Positions 29,187 to 39,075 are shown, counted from the stretch's first letter. The stretch: 64,000 nucleotides of DNA from Candidatus Harrisonbacteria bacterium (GCA_016192685.1 JACPTS010000001.1:33412-97411); one strand, 5' to 3'. The notes: generated by a model from the sequence alone, not told the origin. Made by a program: numbers and translations.

Positions 29187-30680
29187 CTACCAATTCCCCT
29201 GAACACCGTACAAAACATCTTTCCAATGGACCCAGCCGACCGCCTCGGGTTCCCATGACCATCCGGAAAAATTTTTATCCGACCCAAGCTGGACGCCATA
29301 AGCATTGCTGTCTTGCGTAGTGCCATTTAAACGCAGCCATCCGCCGGACGACAAAACTTTTGCCCACCCGGTGACATTTTTCGGAAAACTGCCGGATAAT
29401 CCGCCGCTGACTCTAGCCTCGCAAGTTCCCGACGGGCAACCGCTCAAATCAGAGCTGTTAAAACTGAGCCAGCCGATATTTTCCGACCAGGCATATCCGG
29501 ACATTAAGCCGGAACCAAAATCCACACTCACCCCATAACTAACCGCGCCGCAACTGGAAGTATTGCCGCAATTAAAACTGAGCCAGCCGATATTTTCCGA
29601 CCAAGCCCAGCCGGAAACATTATAAGCAGATGGAATAACGCTTATTTCATTGCTTAAAGCACCCACCCCGACTGCATTTTCAGCCGCTACCTTATAATAG
29701 TAAGTTGTGCCATTAGTAAGTCCGCTATTAGTATAAGTCAAAACATTTCCGGCATTGGTATAAAAAGTTTCTCCGCCGGAAGATAAACCGCGATAAACTT
29801 TATAATTGGTTATTGGGGAGCCGCCACTAAAAGCCGGCGCTTGCCAGTTTAAAGTCGCTTGATTATTGCCGGCAGCGGCAGTTAAATTAACCGGCGCGTC
29901 CGGAACCGCCAGCGCGTTAACCGTTAAATTAAAATTAGCGGTTTTCACTAAAGTGCCGCTGGTAGCCGAAACAGAAATAGCGCTGGTCCCGGCCGGCGTA
30001 GAACCGGAAGTGGCAATCGTCATTTGAGAAGAGCAAGTCGGAGTGCAGCTTACCGGACTAAACAAAGCGCCCGTTCCGGCCGGTAAATTAGATACCGAAA
30101 AATCGGACGGTTGGGAAACGCCGGACAAAAGAGAAACATTTACCGCGGCATTCACTGAACCGCCCTGATAAACCGTACCCGAATTGGGCGAAAGGGAAAT
30201 AAAAAGATCCAGCGGCGGAGGCGCCACAGCCAACGATACCACCCCTTGGTTATTCAAAGTAAAATATTGCGCCGATGCTGAACCGGTTAATCCCAGAACC
30301 AGGCTATTGGCCGATGTTTCCCCGGTAACCTTAGCGAAATAAATATTCTCGGCAGTTCCCGGCGCCGGATCGGTAAATTGGATATTCGGCGGCAAGACAA
30401 TAGTTTTTACGATCGTTCCGGAAGAATAATCGGCGCCGTAAAATAGCTGATAAAAATCATTGCCGGCCGCGGAAGCATCAATATGAATTCCCCATTGCTC
30501 TCCCGATTCTTGAGTAATGGATTTTTGCTGGGCATCGCGAAGATTATTCACCAATTCTTTAGCAAAAAGATCTAATTCTTTTTCGGATTTAAATCCATAA
30601 ATATTTAAAGTCCCCACGCTCCCGAGAATGGCTAAGATTCCCATAATGACCATTGTTTCTAATAAGGTAAACCCGCGCAT
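29187..30680 (-). CDS. Prepilin-type protein with Ig/FN3 domain and GWAWSENIGW repeats
   Basis: RGFTLLE signal; FN3 PDAPVNL..W..YKVYR..LTNGTTYYYKV. Confidence 0.85.
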   Translation of the reverse strand: MRGFTLLETMVIMGILAILGSVGTLNIYGFKSEKELDLFAKELVNNLRDAQQKSITQESGEQWGIHIDASAAGNDFYQLFYGADYSSGTIVKTIVLPPNIQFTDPAPGTAENIYFAKVTGETSANSLVLGLTGSASAQYFTLNNQGVVSLAVAPPPLDLFISLSPNSGTVYQGGSVNAAVNVSLLSGVSQPSDFSVSNLPAGTGALFSPVSCTPTCSSQMTIATSGSTPAGTSAISVSATSGTLVKTANFNLTVNALAVPDAPVNLTAAAGNNQATLNWQAPAFSGGSPITNYKVYRGLSSGGETFYTNAGNVLTYTNSGLTNGTTYYYKVAAENAVGVGALSNEISVIPSAYNVSGWAWSENIGWLSFNCGNTSSCGAVSYGVSVDFGSGLMSGYAWSENIGWLSFNSSDLSGCPSGTCEARVSGGLSGSFPKNVTGWAKVLSSGGWLRLNGTTQDSNAYGVQLGSDKNFSGWSWEPEAVGWVHWKDVLYGVQGNW

Positions 30681-30698
30681 ATTAAAATTATACACAAT

Positions 30699-31904
30699 TT
30701 AAATTCCTCCAACTAATTGGTAAATCGGTACAATCACGGAAACCGCGATGGTGCCAATCATAACTCCGATAAAAAGAAGCAGTATCGGCTCTATGAAAGC
30801 CACCAGTACTTTTAAGGCTGAATCAACTTCTGATTCATAAAAAAGCGAAAGGGTTTTTAAAATTTCCTCAATATGGCCGGCTCTTTCGGAAACCGCGATT
30901 AAATTAGTCACCACCAGAGGAAATTCCGGCTCCCTGCGGAAAGCTTCACCGATAGTCAAACCCTTGGCAATTCCCTCCCGCGCGATTCGACGGAGACTAT
31001 CCCGCATTTTTTCCGAACCAACGGCATCAGCGGTAATTTCCAAAGACTCAATAATCGGCAGGCCGGATTTCATTAAAGAAGCAAGGGTGCTCGTAAAACG
31101 CTGGAGCGCCAATTGCTTGGAAACATTCTTAATTACCGGCAAACGGGCGCTTAAAAAGGAAAGAGTTTTTTTCCCCAAGTAAGAATTTATAAAATACCAC
31201 CCGCCTACCGCGACTGCCGCCAATAAAGGAAAAATTATCAGCGCATTGGCATTTAAAAATAAGCCGACGCCGAAAACAATCCGGGAAAAAATCGGCGGCC
31301 GGATGCCGCTGGAAATAAAAATATTGGCGATTTTCGGCAAAGCAAAAGTCACCAAAAGAATCAGCATCAAAAATGACATTACCAGCAAAATAATCGGATA
31401 GATTAACGCTCCCTGAACTTTATTCTTCAATTCTTGCTCCTTGCCGAGGGAAACGCTTAAATTATCCAGCACTTCGGTTAAATTCCCGGAGGCTTCTCCG
31501 GCCTTGATTAAATTCACAAAAGTTACGGAAAAATATTTTGGGTATTTGGCAAAAGTAGTGTAAAAAGGATTGCCCTTTTCCAGATTAGTCTTAATTTCTA
31601 TCAGCAAAGCTTTTAGAATGGGCTTGTCAAAATCATTGATTAAAATATCAATCGCCCGGAAAAGGTCGGTGCCGGCTTTCAGCATTAGCGCTAAATACCG
31701 GGATAAAAAAACTTTGTCGGAAATGGAAATAGTCTGGCCAAAAACTTTAGTGCCGCCGATATCATAAGCTTTAAGGACTTTAATAGAAACCGGCCGCCAG
31801 CCTTTACCGGCTAAAAATTGCAAGACTTCCGCCGAACCCCGCGCTTCTAGCTCTCCTTCGGTTACTCTGCCGTCTGCTTGCGATGCGATGTAGTGAAATT
31901 TCAT
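30699..31904 (-). CDS. pilC: Type IV pilus platform protein (PilC/GspF)
   Basis: AGEASGNL, ALIYP, IEP..VIVPIY. Confidence 0.93.
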   Translation of the reverse strand: MKFHYIASQADGRVTEGELEARGSAEVLQFLAGKGWRPVSIKVLKAYDIGGTKVFGQTISISDKVFLSRYLALMLKAGTDLFRAIDILINDFDKPILKALLIEIKTNLEKGNPFYTTFAKYPKYFSVTFVNLIKAGEASGNLTEVLDNLSVSLGKEQELKNKVQGALIYPIILLVMSFLMLILLVTFALPKIANIFISSGIRPPIFSRIVFGVGLFLNANALIIFPLLAAVAVGGWYFINSYLGKKTLSFLSARLPVIKNVSKQLALQRFTSTLASLMKSGLPIIESLEITADAVGSEKMRDSLRRIAREGIAKGLTIGEAFRREPEFPLVVTNLIAVSERAGHIEEILKTLSLFYESEVDSALKVLVAFIEPILLLFIGVMIGTIAVSVIVPIYQLVGGI

Positions 31905-31905
31905 A

Positions 31906-33612
31906 TTATTCCCTGATAACTCTTAATACTTCCTCAATGGTCGTCATTCCACGCTCTACTTTCCGAAGGCCGTCTTCAAACATGGCCAGCATGCCTTTTT
32001 GGCGGGCTGATTTTCGCAATTCATCCAAAGAAAAATCAGGAGCGGCGATATATTTTCCGATTTCCTCATCAACCGAAAGCATCTCAAAAATCCCAATCCG
32101 GCCCTTTAATCCGCTCTGGCCGCAGGAACTGCAGCCTTTGCCGCGATAAAAAATTTTCGCCGGTTTGTAAACTTCTTCCAAGCCCAATTCCTTCATTTGC
32201 TTCTTAACTAATTCTAACAAATGGCTGTCCGGTTTGTAAGACTCAATGCAATGAACGCAAATTTTTCCGACTAATCTTTGAGCAATCACCAAATTCAATA
32301 CGGCAGAAATTAAAAAAGGAGGAACTTTCATATCAATAAGCCGGGGAATCGCGGTCGGGGCGTCATTAGTATGCACGGTGGAGAGGACTAAATGGCCGGT
32401 TAAAGCGGCATTAACCGAAATTTCCGCGGTCTCTTCATCTCTGATTTCTCCCACCAAAATAATATTCGGGTCCTGCCGAAGGAGCGACCGGAGAGCGCTC
32501 GCGAAAGTAATTCCCGCGGCCGGATTAATCTGGGTTTGATTTACATATTTAATGTTGTATTCCACCGGGTCCTCAACCGTCACAATGTTCACTTCCGGCT
32601 TATTTAAAGTATTCAAAACTGAATATAGCGTGGTGGTTTTGCCGGAACCGGTCGGCCCGGAAACCAGCACCATTCCAAAAGTTTTTTTGATATTGTCCTG
32701 CAAAATTTTTACGTGGTCTTCCAGCATTCCGATTTCTTCAAAAGAAGGCGGGGTTTGGCTGGCGGAAAGCAAACGCATTTCGGATTTTTCTCCGTAAAAC
32801 GTCGGGATAATAGAAACCCGGATATCAATATAATCCTTGCCTAACCGCTGGCGGAAGCGGCCGTCCTGCGGGCGATTATGTTCGTCCAGCTTAAGGCCGG
32901 CCAGCAGCTTGATGCGGGCGGTAATCGCCGGATGGACTTCTTTCGGCAAACGCATAATTTCTCTTAATACTCCGTCAATCCGATACCTTGCCAAAATTCC
33001 GTCTTCTAAAATCTCCAGATGAATATCCGAAGCCCGCAAAGAACTCGCGTAAGCGACCAAATTGTCCACTACCGCCACGATCGGCAATTCCTCCGCCGCT
33101 TCTTTTTCTCCCGAAACCCGCGAACGAAGAGACGCGGAAACATTTTCTTCAATGATGCGGCGAAAATCTTCCACTTCTCCCTTGGAATAAAGCGACAATC
33201 CAACATTTAAATCTTCTTTAGAGGCCAGATAAGGCTTGATTTCCGCGCCCAAATATCTGTGCAAAAATTCAATAATTTCCAGATTGCTCGGGTCCTCCAT
33301 TGCCACCCCGAAAGAGCCGTCTTCTTCTTTCTTAAAAACTACCGCCCTTTTTTCTTTTGATATTTCTTCCGGCAAAAGATGAAGAATCTTCTCATCCGCG
33401 GATTGAGAAAATAAATTGGCTTTGCCGACCCCGAAATACCTCGCCAGCAGCTCGTCAAGATAAGATTTGGTGATAATGCCTCGGGAAATTAAAGTTTGGG
33501 GCAAATCATGCCCTAAACGGGCCGCTTCCGCCACGACGACGTCAAAAGCTTCCGGCGCGATTAAGCCGTCACTGATTAAAGCTTCTTTTAATTTTTCGTT
33601 GGGAATCTGCAT
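31906..33612 (-). CDS. pilB: Type IV pilus assembly ATPase (PilB/GspE)
   Basis: ASDIH, PQDGR, GPTGSGKTT, EDPVEY, LRQDP, GEIRD, tetra-Cys motif. Confidence 0.95.
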   Translation of the reverse strand: MQIPNEKLKEALISDGLIAPEAFDVVVAEAARLGHDLPQTLISRGIITKSYLDELLARYFGVGKANLFSQSADEKILHLLPEEISKEKRAVVFKKEEDGSFGVAMEDPSNLEIIEFLHRYLGAEIKPYLASKEDLNVGLSLYSKGEVEDFRRIIEENVSASLRSRVSGEKEAAEELPIVAVVDNLVAYASSLRASDIHLEILEDGILARYRIDGVLREIMRLPKEVHPAITARIKLLAGLKLDEHNRPQDGRFRQRLGKDYIDIRVSIIPTFYGEKSEMRLLSASQTPPSFEEIGMLEDHVKILQDNIKKTFGMVLVSGPTGSGKTTTLYSVLNTLNKPEVNIVTVEDPVEYNIKYVNQTQINPAAGITFASALRSLLRQDPNIILVGEIRDEETAEISVNAALTGHLVLSTVHTNDAPTAIPRLIDMKVPPFLISAVLNLVIAQRLVGKICVHCIESYKPDSHLLELVKKQMKELGLEEVYKPAKIFYRGKGCSSCGQSGLKGRIGIFEMLSVDEEIGKYIAAPDFSLDELRKSARQKGMLAMFEDGLRKVERGMTTIEEVLRVIRE

Positions 33613-34205
33613 TAAAATTTTAAAGTTTGCCACCACGGCAATGCTGCCAGCCACTTACTTATAAGTATAGTGGAAATCGCCGCAGGCAGCCAAAAGTAAT
33701 AGAATGAAATCCTATAGGACTTATCAGACTTATTGGTCCTATAAAATTTATATGTCAAATAAGAATTCCCGGCCAAAGCCGCGATTAAAAAAATAATTAA
33801 ATAAAATAGCCACAGCGGGTGGCCGACAACAAAAAATGCCGTAGCCAGAAGATACGGCTCAATCGGCTCAAAAAACCGCTCTTGGTATTTTTTATTGAAA
33901 TATTTCGCGGCCGCCAAAAAAACTAAAGCAGCGGCTAAAGACAAAAAATAGGGATTAAAAAACCGGGTGCGCGCGAAAAAAACAAAATAATCCCAATTCT
34001 GATAAGGCGGCAAAAATAACTTGCCTAAATCATTGCTCTTCCAAGTCAGATATTGCTGCCAAGATTGATAAACGGAAAAACCAAAAATAGCTAAAATGGG
34101 CAGGACAAGGACAAGCATACCAAAAAGCCCCCGCCTGGCAGGGGTTTTGGGGATAATCAATTGAACCGCGAAAGTAATCGCTAAAATAATTAGCGGCGCG
34201 CTCAT
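33612..34205 (-). CDS. Polytopic membrane protein in pilus operon
   Basis: About 6 TM segments, between pilin and pilB. Confidence 0.65.
   Translation of the reverse strand: MSAPLIILAITFAVQLIIPKTPARRGLFGMLVLVLPILAIFGFSVYQSWQQYLTWKSNDLGKLFLPPYQNWDYFVFFARTRFFNPYFLSLAAALVFLAAAKYFNKKYQERFFEPIEPYLLATAFFVVGHPLWLFYLIIFLIAALAGNSYLTYKFYRTNKSDKSYRISFYYFWLPAAISTILISKWLAALPWWQTLKF
34122..34148 (-). terminator. Intrinsic terminator downstream of the pilin gene, inside the next ORF
   Basis: Minus strand AAAACCCCTGCCAGGCGGGGGCTTTTT. Confidence 0.5.
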
Positions 34206-34214
34206 TCTTAAAAA

Positions 34215-34802
34215 TTAAAGGTCTAAGCCGGCATCGGTGCCAACTTCATAAATACTATCGGCATTGCCGCCATCTTTCGTATTAGTTTCTTTATCATCAG
34301 CGCCGCCAGAGGCATAGCGAGTGCTCTCCATATTGGCATTTAATTCATAGGTCTTGGCAGTATTGTCGCAAGCATAAGAATAGAAATAATTGGTATCATT
34401 AGTCGGGTCAATCGGCAAAACTGAAAGTGCCGGACCGCCTGGAACTGCTCCAAAGTTGACCGGCACCCAGCCAGTGCCGTCCACTACTCTAGCGGCAGTA
34501 GCATCAGTAACCCTAGCCGCCGCGTGGCGGCCGGCGCAGTTAGCTGACATTCCGCCGGTCTGCACAAAACACATAGTCGCGCAAGCTTTAACGCCCGGAC
34601 CATCCAAGTCCGGGGAAGATAAAGTGGAAACATAAAGCGCCAGCGCGTTCCTTAACACGCCCATATCCTCAATTCTGGTGGTATCCCGAGCTTGGGCAAA
34701 AAGCTGGGCCGGATTTAATACTAAAACCGACACCGCGCCTAATACCGCGAGAATGCCGATAACAATGACTAATTCTAATAAGGTAAAACCTTTGGTTTTC
34801 AT
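34215..34802 (-). CDS. Type IV pilin (likely major pilin)
   Basis: KGFTLLELVIVIGILAVL, ARDTTRIED, LPIDPTN. Confidence 0.9.
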   Translation of the reverse strand: MKTKGFTLLELVIVIGILAVLGAVSVLVLNPAQLFAQARDTTRIEDMGVLRNALALYVSTLSSPDLDGPGVKACATMCFVQTGGMSANCAGRHAAARVTDATAARVVDGTGWVPVNFGAVPGGPALSVLPIDPTNDTNYFYSYACDNTAKTYELNANMESTRYASGGADDKETNTKDGGNADSIYEVGTDAGLDL

Positions 34803-34872
34803 ATATATAATTTTAGACCTGTTGCGACTTATTAAAATTAATTATAATACAATAACGCTTAAGCGTAAAAAT

Positions 34873-34888
34873 ACGGCTGTGGATAACT
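34873..34888 (-). promoter_or_regulatory. DnaA-box-containing 16-mer upstream of the pilin promoter
   Basis: AGTTATCCACAGCCGT on the minus strand, identical to 50743-50758; TATAAT at 34841-34846. Confidence 0.6.
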
Positions 34889-35255
34889 ATTTTAGATATT
34901 CTTTAATCTTTTTCACCAAATCATCAATGGAAACCTGGGCTTTGACAATATATTCCACCACTCCCAGTTCCCGCCCCTTTTCAATATCAAGAGCCTGCCC
35001 CAAGTTGGAAATAATCATTACTGGAATTTTAGCTACTTGCGGGTCTGATTTTATTTCTTCCAGCACTTCAAAACCGGATTTGCCCGGCAGAATAATATCC
35101 AAAAGCACTAAATCCGGATTGCTGGCTTTTAAAAGCTTATTGGCCTCACTGCCGCTTTTTATGCCCACCAATTCAAAGCCTTCTTTTTTCAGCCGGTTCC
35201 CCAAAAGCGAAGACAAAAACGGGTCGTCTTCAATAAGTAAAATTTTCTTTGTCAT
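34887..35255 (-). CDS. Single-domain response regulator
   Basis: ILLIEDD, LLDIILP..SG, ISN, YIVK. Confidence 0.93.
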   Translation of the reverse strand: MTKKILLIEDDPFLSSLLGNRLKKEGFELVGIKSGSEANKLLKASNPDLVLLDIILPGKSGFEVLEEIKSDPQVAKIPVMIISNLGQALDIEKGRELGVVEYIVKAQVSIDDLVKKIKEYLK

Positions 35256-35344
35256 GTTTTTTAAATTATATAACAGAAAAGATTTTCAGACAATTAAAAA
35301 ATCCCGAATGGTCGGGATAATGATTATTAAATATTTTTCTCATT

Positions 35345-35515
35345 CTAAAATTTTTCCATTGCGTTTCTAAAGTCGTCCCCCACTTTTTTCCAGTCGGAAG
35401 CAAGGCGCTCTTCATCAGTTCCAAACTGTTCCTCATAAGTCTTATAGCTTGGAAAAAGGTTAAATATATTTCCCATTCCCTTAAGAAATGCCTGCCAATT
35501 AATTTTCATCTCCAT
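35345..35515 (-). CDS. Small 56-aa protein (not in ORF track)
   Basis: Hand translation MEMKINWQAFLKGMGNIFNLFPSYKTYEEQFGTDEERLASDWKKVGDDFRNAMEKF*; followed by a hairpin/T-run near 35298-35318. Confidence 0.65.
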   Translation of the reverse strand: MEMKINWQAFLKGMGNIFNLFPSYKTYEEQFGTDEERLASDWKKVGDDFRNAMEKF

Positions 35516-35591
35516 TTCTTATAGCCATTAAAATACTACTTATACATTAATATAAAATATCAAAATCTTCAACTATTCAATTTTTGAGCTA

Positions 35592-35619
35592 TTGACAAAC
35601 TTTAATTGATTGGTATAAT
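35592..35619 (+). promoter_or_regulatory. Consensus sigma70 promoter
   Basis: TTGACA-16 bp-TATAAT with extended -10 TG. Confidence 0.75.
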
Positions 35620-35625
35620 GTAATT

Positions 35626-35713
35626 AATGCGGTTGGGCAACGCAGGGTGTTACCCCCATCTATCCCTGAATTATTCTAGAGTAATTCAGGATCATAGATG
35701 GGGGTCTTTTTTT
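35626..35713 (+). ncRNA. Candidate ~85-nt small RNA
   Basis: Lies between a consensus promoter and a long hairpin ACCCCCATCTAT..ATAGATGGGGGT followed by a T-run; no ORF. Confidence 0.5.
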
Positions 35714-35783
35714 ATTTCAAAATCCAACTCCCGCTCCACCAAAATAAAAATAAACTGATATATTTCGTAGAAAAAATAAGCGA

Positions 35784-35921
35784 AGATTGTTTCTTGTGCG
35801 GAAACTGTCGCAGGCAAATCGGCTTGGTGTCCCGCGAAGCGGGACCGATTTGCCGAGACAGTAGCGGTGCTTGCGAGCCGCCGGAGCGAGCGGACAACCC
35901 GGTTCCGCAAAGAAATAATCT
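35784..35921 (+). repeat. Structured repeat family A, copy 2 (diverged)
   Basis: Same loops (ACT, CTTGG, GCGAAGC, GAG..GTAG, GCCGCnGGAGC, CCGG) with covarying stems. Confidence 0.7.
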
Positions 35922-36265
35922 GAGCAATTTCGTAGAAATATATCAGTTCATTTTTAAAGAAAACTTTCTAGTTATCCCAACCTTATGCGGCCCGAATTTA
36001 ATCGGACAAGCAAATCGAGACTTGAGGCTCCTCGATCAAAACCTTTGCCTGCATTTTTCAATGCAGTATCGTACTCCATCAAATATAAATATTTGATTTT
36101 TGTTTAATTGATCCACGCACAGCTTCCGCTACGCGTGCCTTGTTACGACTTCTTCCATGTCACCGAATCTACCTTTATCCCGCCGAAGCGGAATTTCAGA
36201 TATCCCCGGCTCCCCTGAAGTGACGGGCGGTGAGTACAGGACTCGAGAACGTATTCACCGCGGCG

Positions 36266-36304
<39 letters not shown>

Positions 36305-36701
36305 GCGAGTTTCAGCCTCCAATCTGAACTGGGGCCATTTTTGATGGGATTAGCTCCGCCTTGCGGCTTGGCAACCCATTGTAATGGCCATTGTAGCACG
36401 AGTGTAGCCCAGGGCATCAGAGGGCCATGCGGATTTGACGTCATCCTCTCCTTCCTCCCCCAAAAAGAGGGCAGTCCCCGATGACACATATAACATCAGG
36501 TAAGGGTTGCGCTCGTTACCCCACTTAAGGGAACGTTTCAAAATACGAGCTGACGACAACCATGCAGCACCTGTCCAGCCGTTCCTTGAGAGAACATCCC
36601 ACGTTTCTGCGGGATTTCGTCTGGATTTCAAGCCCTGGTAAGGTTTCTCGCTTACTGTCGAATTGAACCTCATGCTCCACCGCTTGTGCGAGTCCCCGTC
36701 T

Positions 36702-36733
<32 letters not shown>

Positions 36734-37195
36734 TCCCAGGCGGCCTACTTAACGCGTTAGCTTCGCCACCCCGAGGGTCGATACTCGAGATAGCCAGTAG
36801 GCATCGTTTAGGGCGTGGACTACAAGGGTATCTACAATTTTGTTGCTTCGCAAAACTTTTATACTCGCTATGCTATTCTCGCTCATACTGCTGCGCGCTG
36901 GACAAAACTAATTCGCTCATAGCGGAAATTTATCACCCTAGTCGCATTCGCTCCTGGGTATCCCGATAAATTTCCTATTCGCTCAAAGTTTTGTAACCAT
37001 CGCTCCGCAACATTCGCTCAAACAGCATAACTCGTTTAATAATAGTTTTGCGTGACACAGACATTTCTGCTGTGTTCTCTGTGTTGCCATAGAGTTCGGA
37101 CTATATCATTCTCGCGCTTTGAAAAACGAATATCAATCATCTTGATACTCGTAGATCAAAGAGCGAGAATCGGCGTATAGTCTCTGAGGGGTTAA

Positions 37196-37450
37196 TTATT
37201 TTCCTTTTAATTTTTTGAGGTGTTTTTTCACGGTACGATCAACTAATTTAAACTCCGGTTCTTCCAAAATATCATGCGTTGTATATCCATATCTCTTACG
37301 GTCATTGGTTTTCCAAATTGCTTCAATAGACGGCAATCCTCTGCTTTTCAGTTCTTCATTCACGGTTTCTAGAACAGCTTTTAATTTCTTATTTGATTTG
37401 CTTGTGCAAACGATTTCTACAAACCTAAATTTTGAGTCAGGCCTTGACAT
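37196..37450 (-). CDS. Intron-encoded 84-aa basic protein of unknown function
   Basis: Lies between the Q and R elements; ATG preceded by AAGGAGGTG; no LAGLIDADG, GIY-YIG or HNH motif. Confidence 0.65.
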   Translation of the reverse strand: MSRPDSKFRFVEIVCTSKSNKKLKAVLETVNEELKSRGLPSIEAIWKTNDRKRYGYTTHDILEEPEFKLVDRTVKKHLKKLKGK

Positions 37451-37803
37451 CGTCCACCTCCTTTTTAAATTAACTTCCCTGCTGGTTGTCCGCACCGACG
37501 CGTTTTCACCAGCGATTTGTTTTTGAAATTTCAAAAACAAATCGCTGGTAGCGTCGGATACGCCGGATTTTCCAGCATATAGCCGATTTTACATTCCAGT
37601 GTTGCCACTGAAAGGGACCATATGCGTCTCCGGAAAATTCCGGAGTCACTTCTTTATACCCTAAAGAGAGTGAGATTATTTTTGCGAACCAATAAAATTA
37701 TATTTGCTTCACTTATTTATCTATTTATCGTGCGGCAACATTTATTTTAATTTCTTGCCGAACTGCCGAGTTATCATAGAGAAACTTTATACAATCTAAA
37801 CGA

Positions 37804-37943
37804 GCTCTGCCTGTGTTTCGTGCGGCAACTACGGAGCTCCGAAATGCTTGGCTTTCGCGAAGCGAAAATTTCGGAGCGAGGCGTAGACGCGTTTCGCCGC
37901 AGGAGCGAAACGACGCCGGTGCCGTCAGAAATACAGGCGGAGC
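37804..37943 (+). repeat. Structured repeat family A, copy 3 (inside the 16S intron)
   Basis: Core closely matches 63540-63643. Confidence 0.85.
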
Positions 37944-38190
37944 GAGTAAAACTCATAGACAATTCGGCGGAGCGGCATTTTCAAAATGAATGCCGATGCC
38001 GGTAGACAAATAAGTGAAGCAAATGAGTTCGTAAAAATAACCGAACGATCCTTTTTGCTCCCCACGCTTTCGTGCAATGAGAGTCAGTAATGCGCCAGCC
38101 AAATGCTTTCGCCTTTGGTATTCCCCACGATATCAACGGATTTCACCCCTACACCGTGAGTTCTATTGGCCTCTCGCACACTCTAGACAA

Positions 38191-38459
38191 GTCCCCTCTG
38201 TACAAATGTTTCCACTAAATTGAAATCATTGATTTTGTATCAAGTTCAAGGCGCGAGGAGGAAATCGTAGGGTTACCTACCTTTCCGACTCGCAACGCAG
38301 AAATTGATCAAAATCAAGATTCCCGAAGGGTAAGGAAATTTTTGTCAGCTTCTTCGTTAGTCGTCGCTAGTGTATCTAAAGATACACTTCGCTCCTCCTG
38401 CCTTGAATTTAACTCAAAATTTCCTTATCAATTAGTGAAAATATTTGTACAGAGGGGAC
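38191..38459. mobile_element. Palindromic MITE-like element (family B) inserted in 16S helix 21
   Basis: 17-bp terminal inverted repeat GTCCCCTCTGTACAAAT; core CAAGGCGCGAGGAGGAAATCG..CCTTTCCGAC..GCAACGCAG shared with 61408-61678. Confidence 0.8.
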
Positions 38460-38996
38460 AGCAGTTTTTGCTGCAGCCTCGAAGTTGAGCCCCGAGATTT
38501 AACAGCAAACTTGCTGGTCCTCCTACGCACTCTTTACGCCCAATAAATCCGGATAACGCTTGGAGCCCTCGTATTACCGCGGCTGCTGGCACGAGGTTAG
38601 CAGCTCCTTATTCCTCTGGTACTATCAGCCTTGCGGCTTTCTCCCAGAGAAAAGCAGTTTACAATCCTTAGACCTTCATCCTGCACGCGGCGTCGCTCGA
38701 TCAGGCTTTCGCCCATTGTCGAATATTCTCGACTGCTGCCACCCGTAGGTGTACGAGCCGTGTCTCAGTCTCGTCGTTGGGGAACACCCTCTCAGGCCCC
38801 CTACTGGTCATAGCCTTGGTAGGCCATTACCCTACCAACTAGCTGATCAGACCTAGGCCGCTCCCAAAGCCCCTTGCGGGTTTTAATCCGAATGTTGCAT
38901 CGGATGCTATCGGGCATTACCCCGCCTTTCGGCGAGCTGTGCCCGTCTTTAGGGTACGTACCAAGGTGTTACTAACTCGTTCGCCGCTCGCCTTCG

Positions 38997-39075
38997 GCTC
39001 GGACAAATAACTTTTAACAAATAACTAATAACGAAATTGTTAATAGTTATAAGTTATTTAGTTATTAGTCCGAGC
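38997..39075. repeat. AT-rich expansion of 16S V1 (helix 6)
   Basis: GCTCGGAC..GTCCGAGC closing a long stem built of TAATAAC/GTTATTA units. Confidence 0.75.

Larger units (their letters stand above)
36835..38047 (-). ncRNA. Group I intron at 16S position 788
   Basis: Exon AGGAU/UAGAUACCC; terminal G; P ATGCTGGAAA, Q AACCAGCAGG, R TCAGAGACTA, S GATATAGTCC; P3 AATCGGC/GCCGATT. Confidence 0.92.

Noticed and set aside
34678-35370. 230-aa plus-strand ORF
   Set aside because: Antisense shadow of the response regulator and pilin genes
35300-36100. 23S/5S rRNA or spacer tRNAs downstream of the 16S
   Set aside because: No conserved 23S 5' blocks or tRNA cloverleaf seen; the 16S is unlinked
37451-37540. 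Longer 114-aa version of the intron ORF
   Set aside because: Runs through the intron core (Q element); the SD-led ATG at 37450 is the better start
38191-38459. Second group I intron
   Set aside because: No P/Q/R/S elements; the sequence matches the intergenic element at 61408-61678
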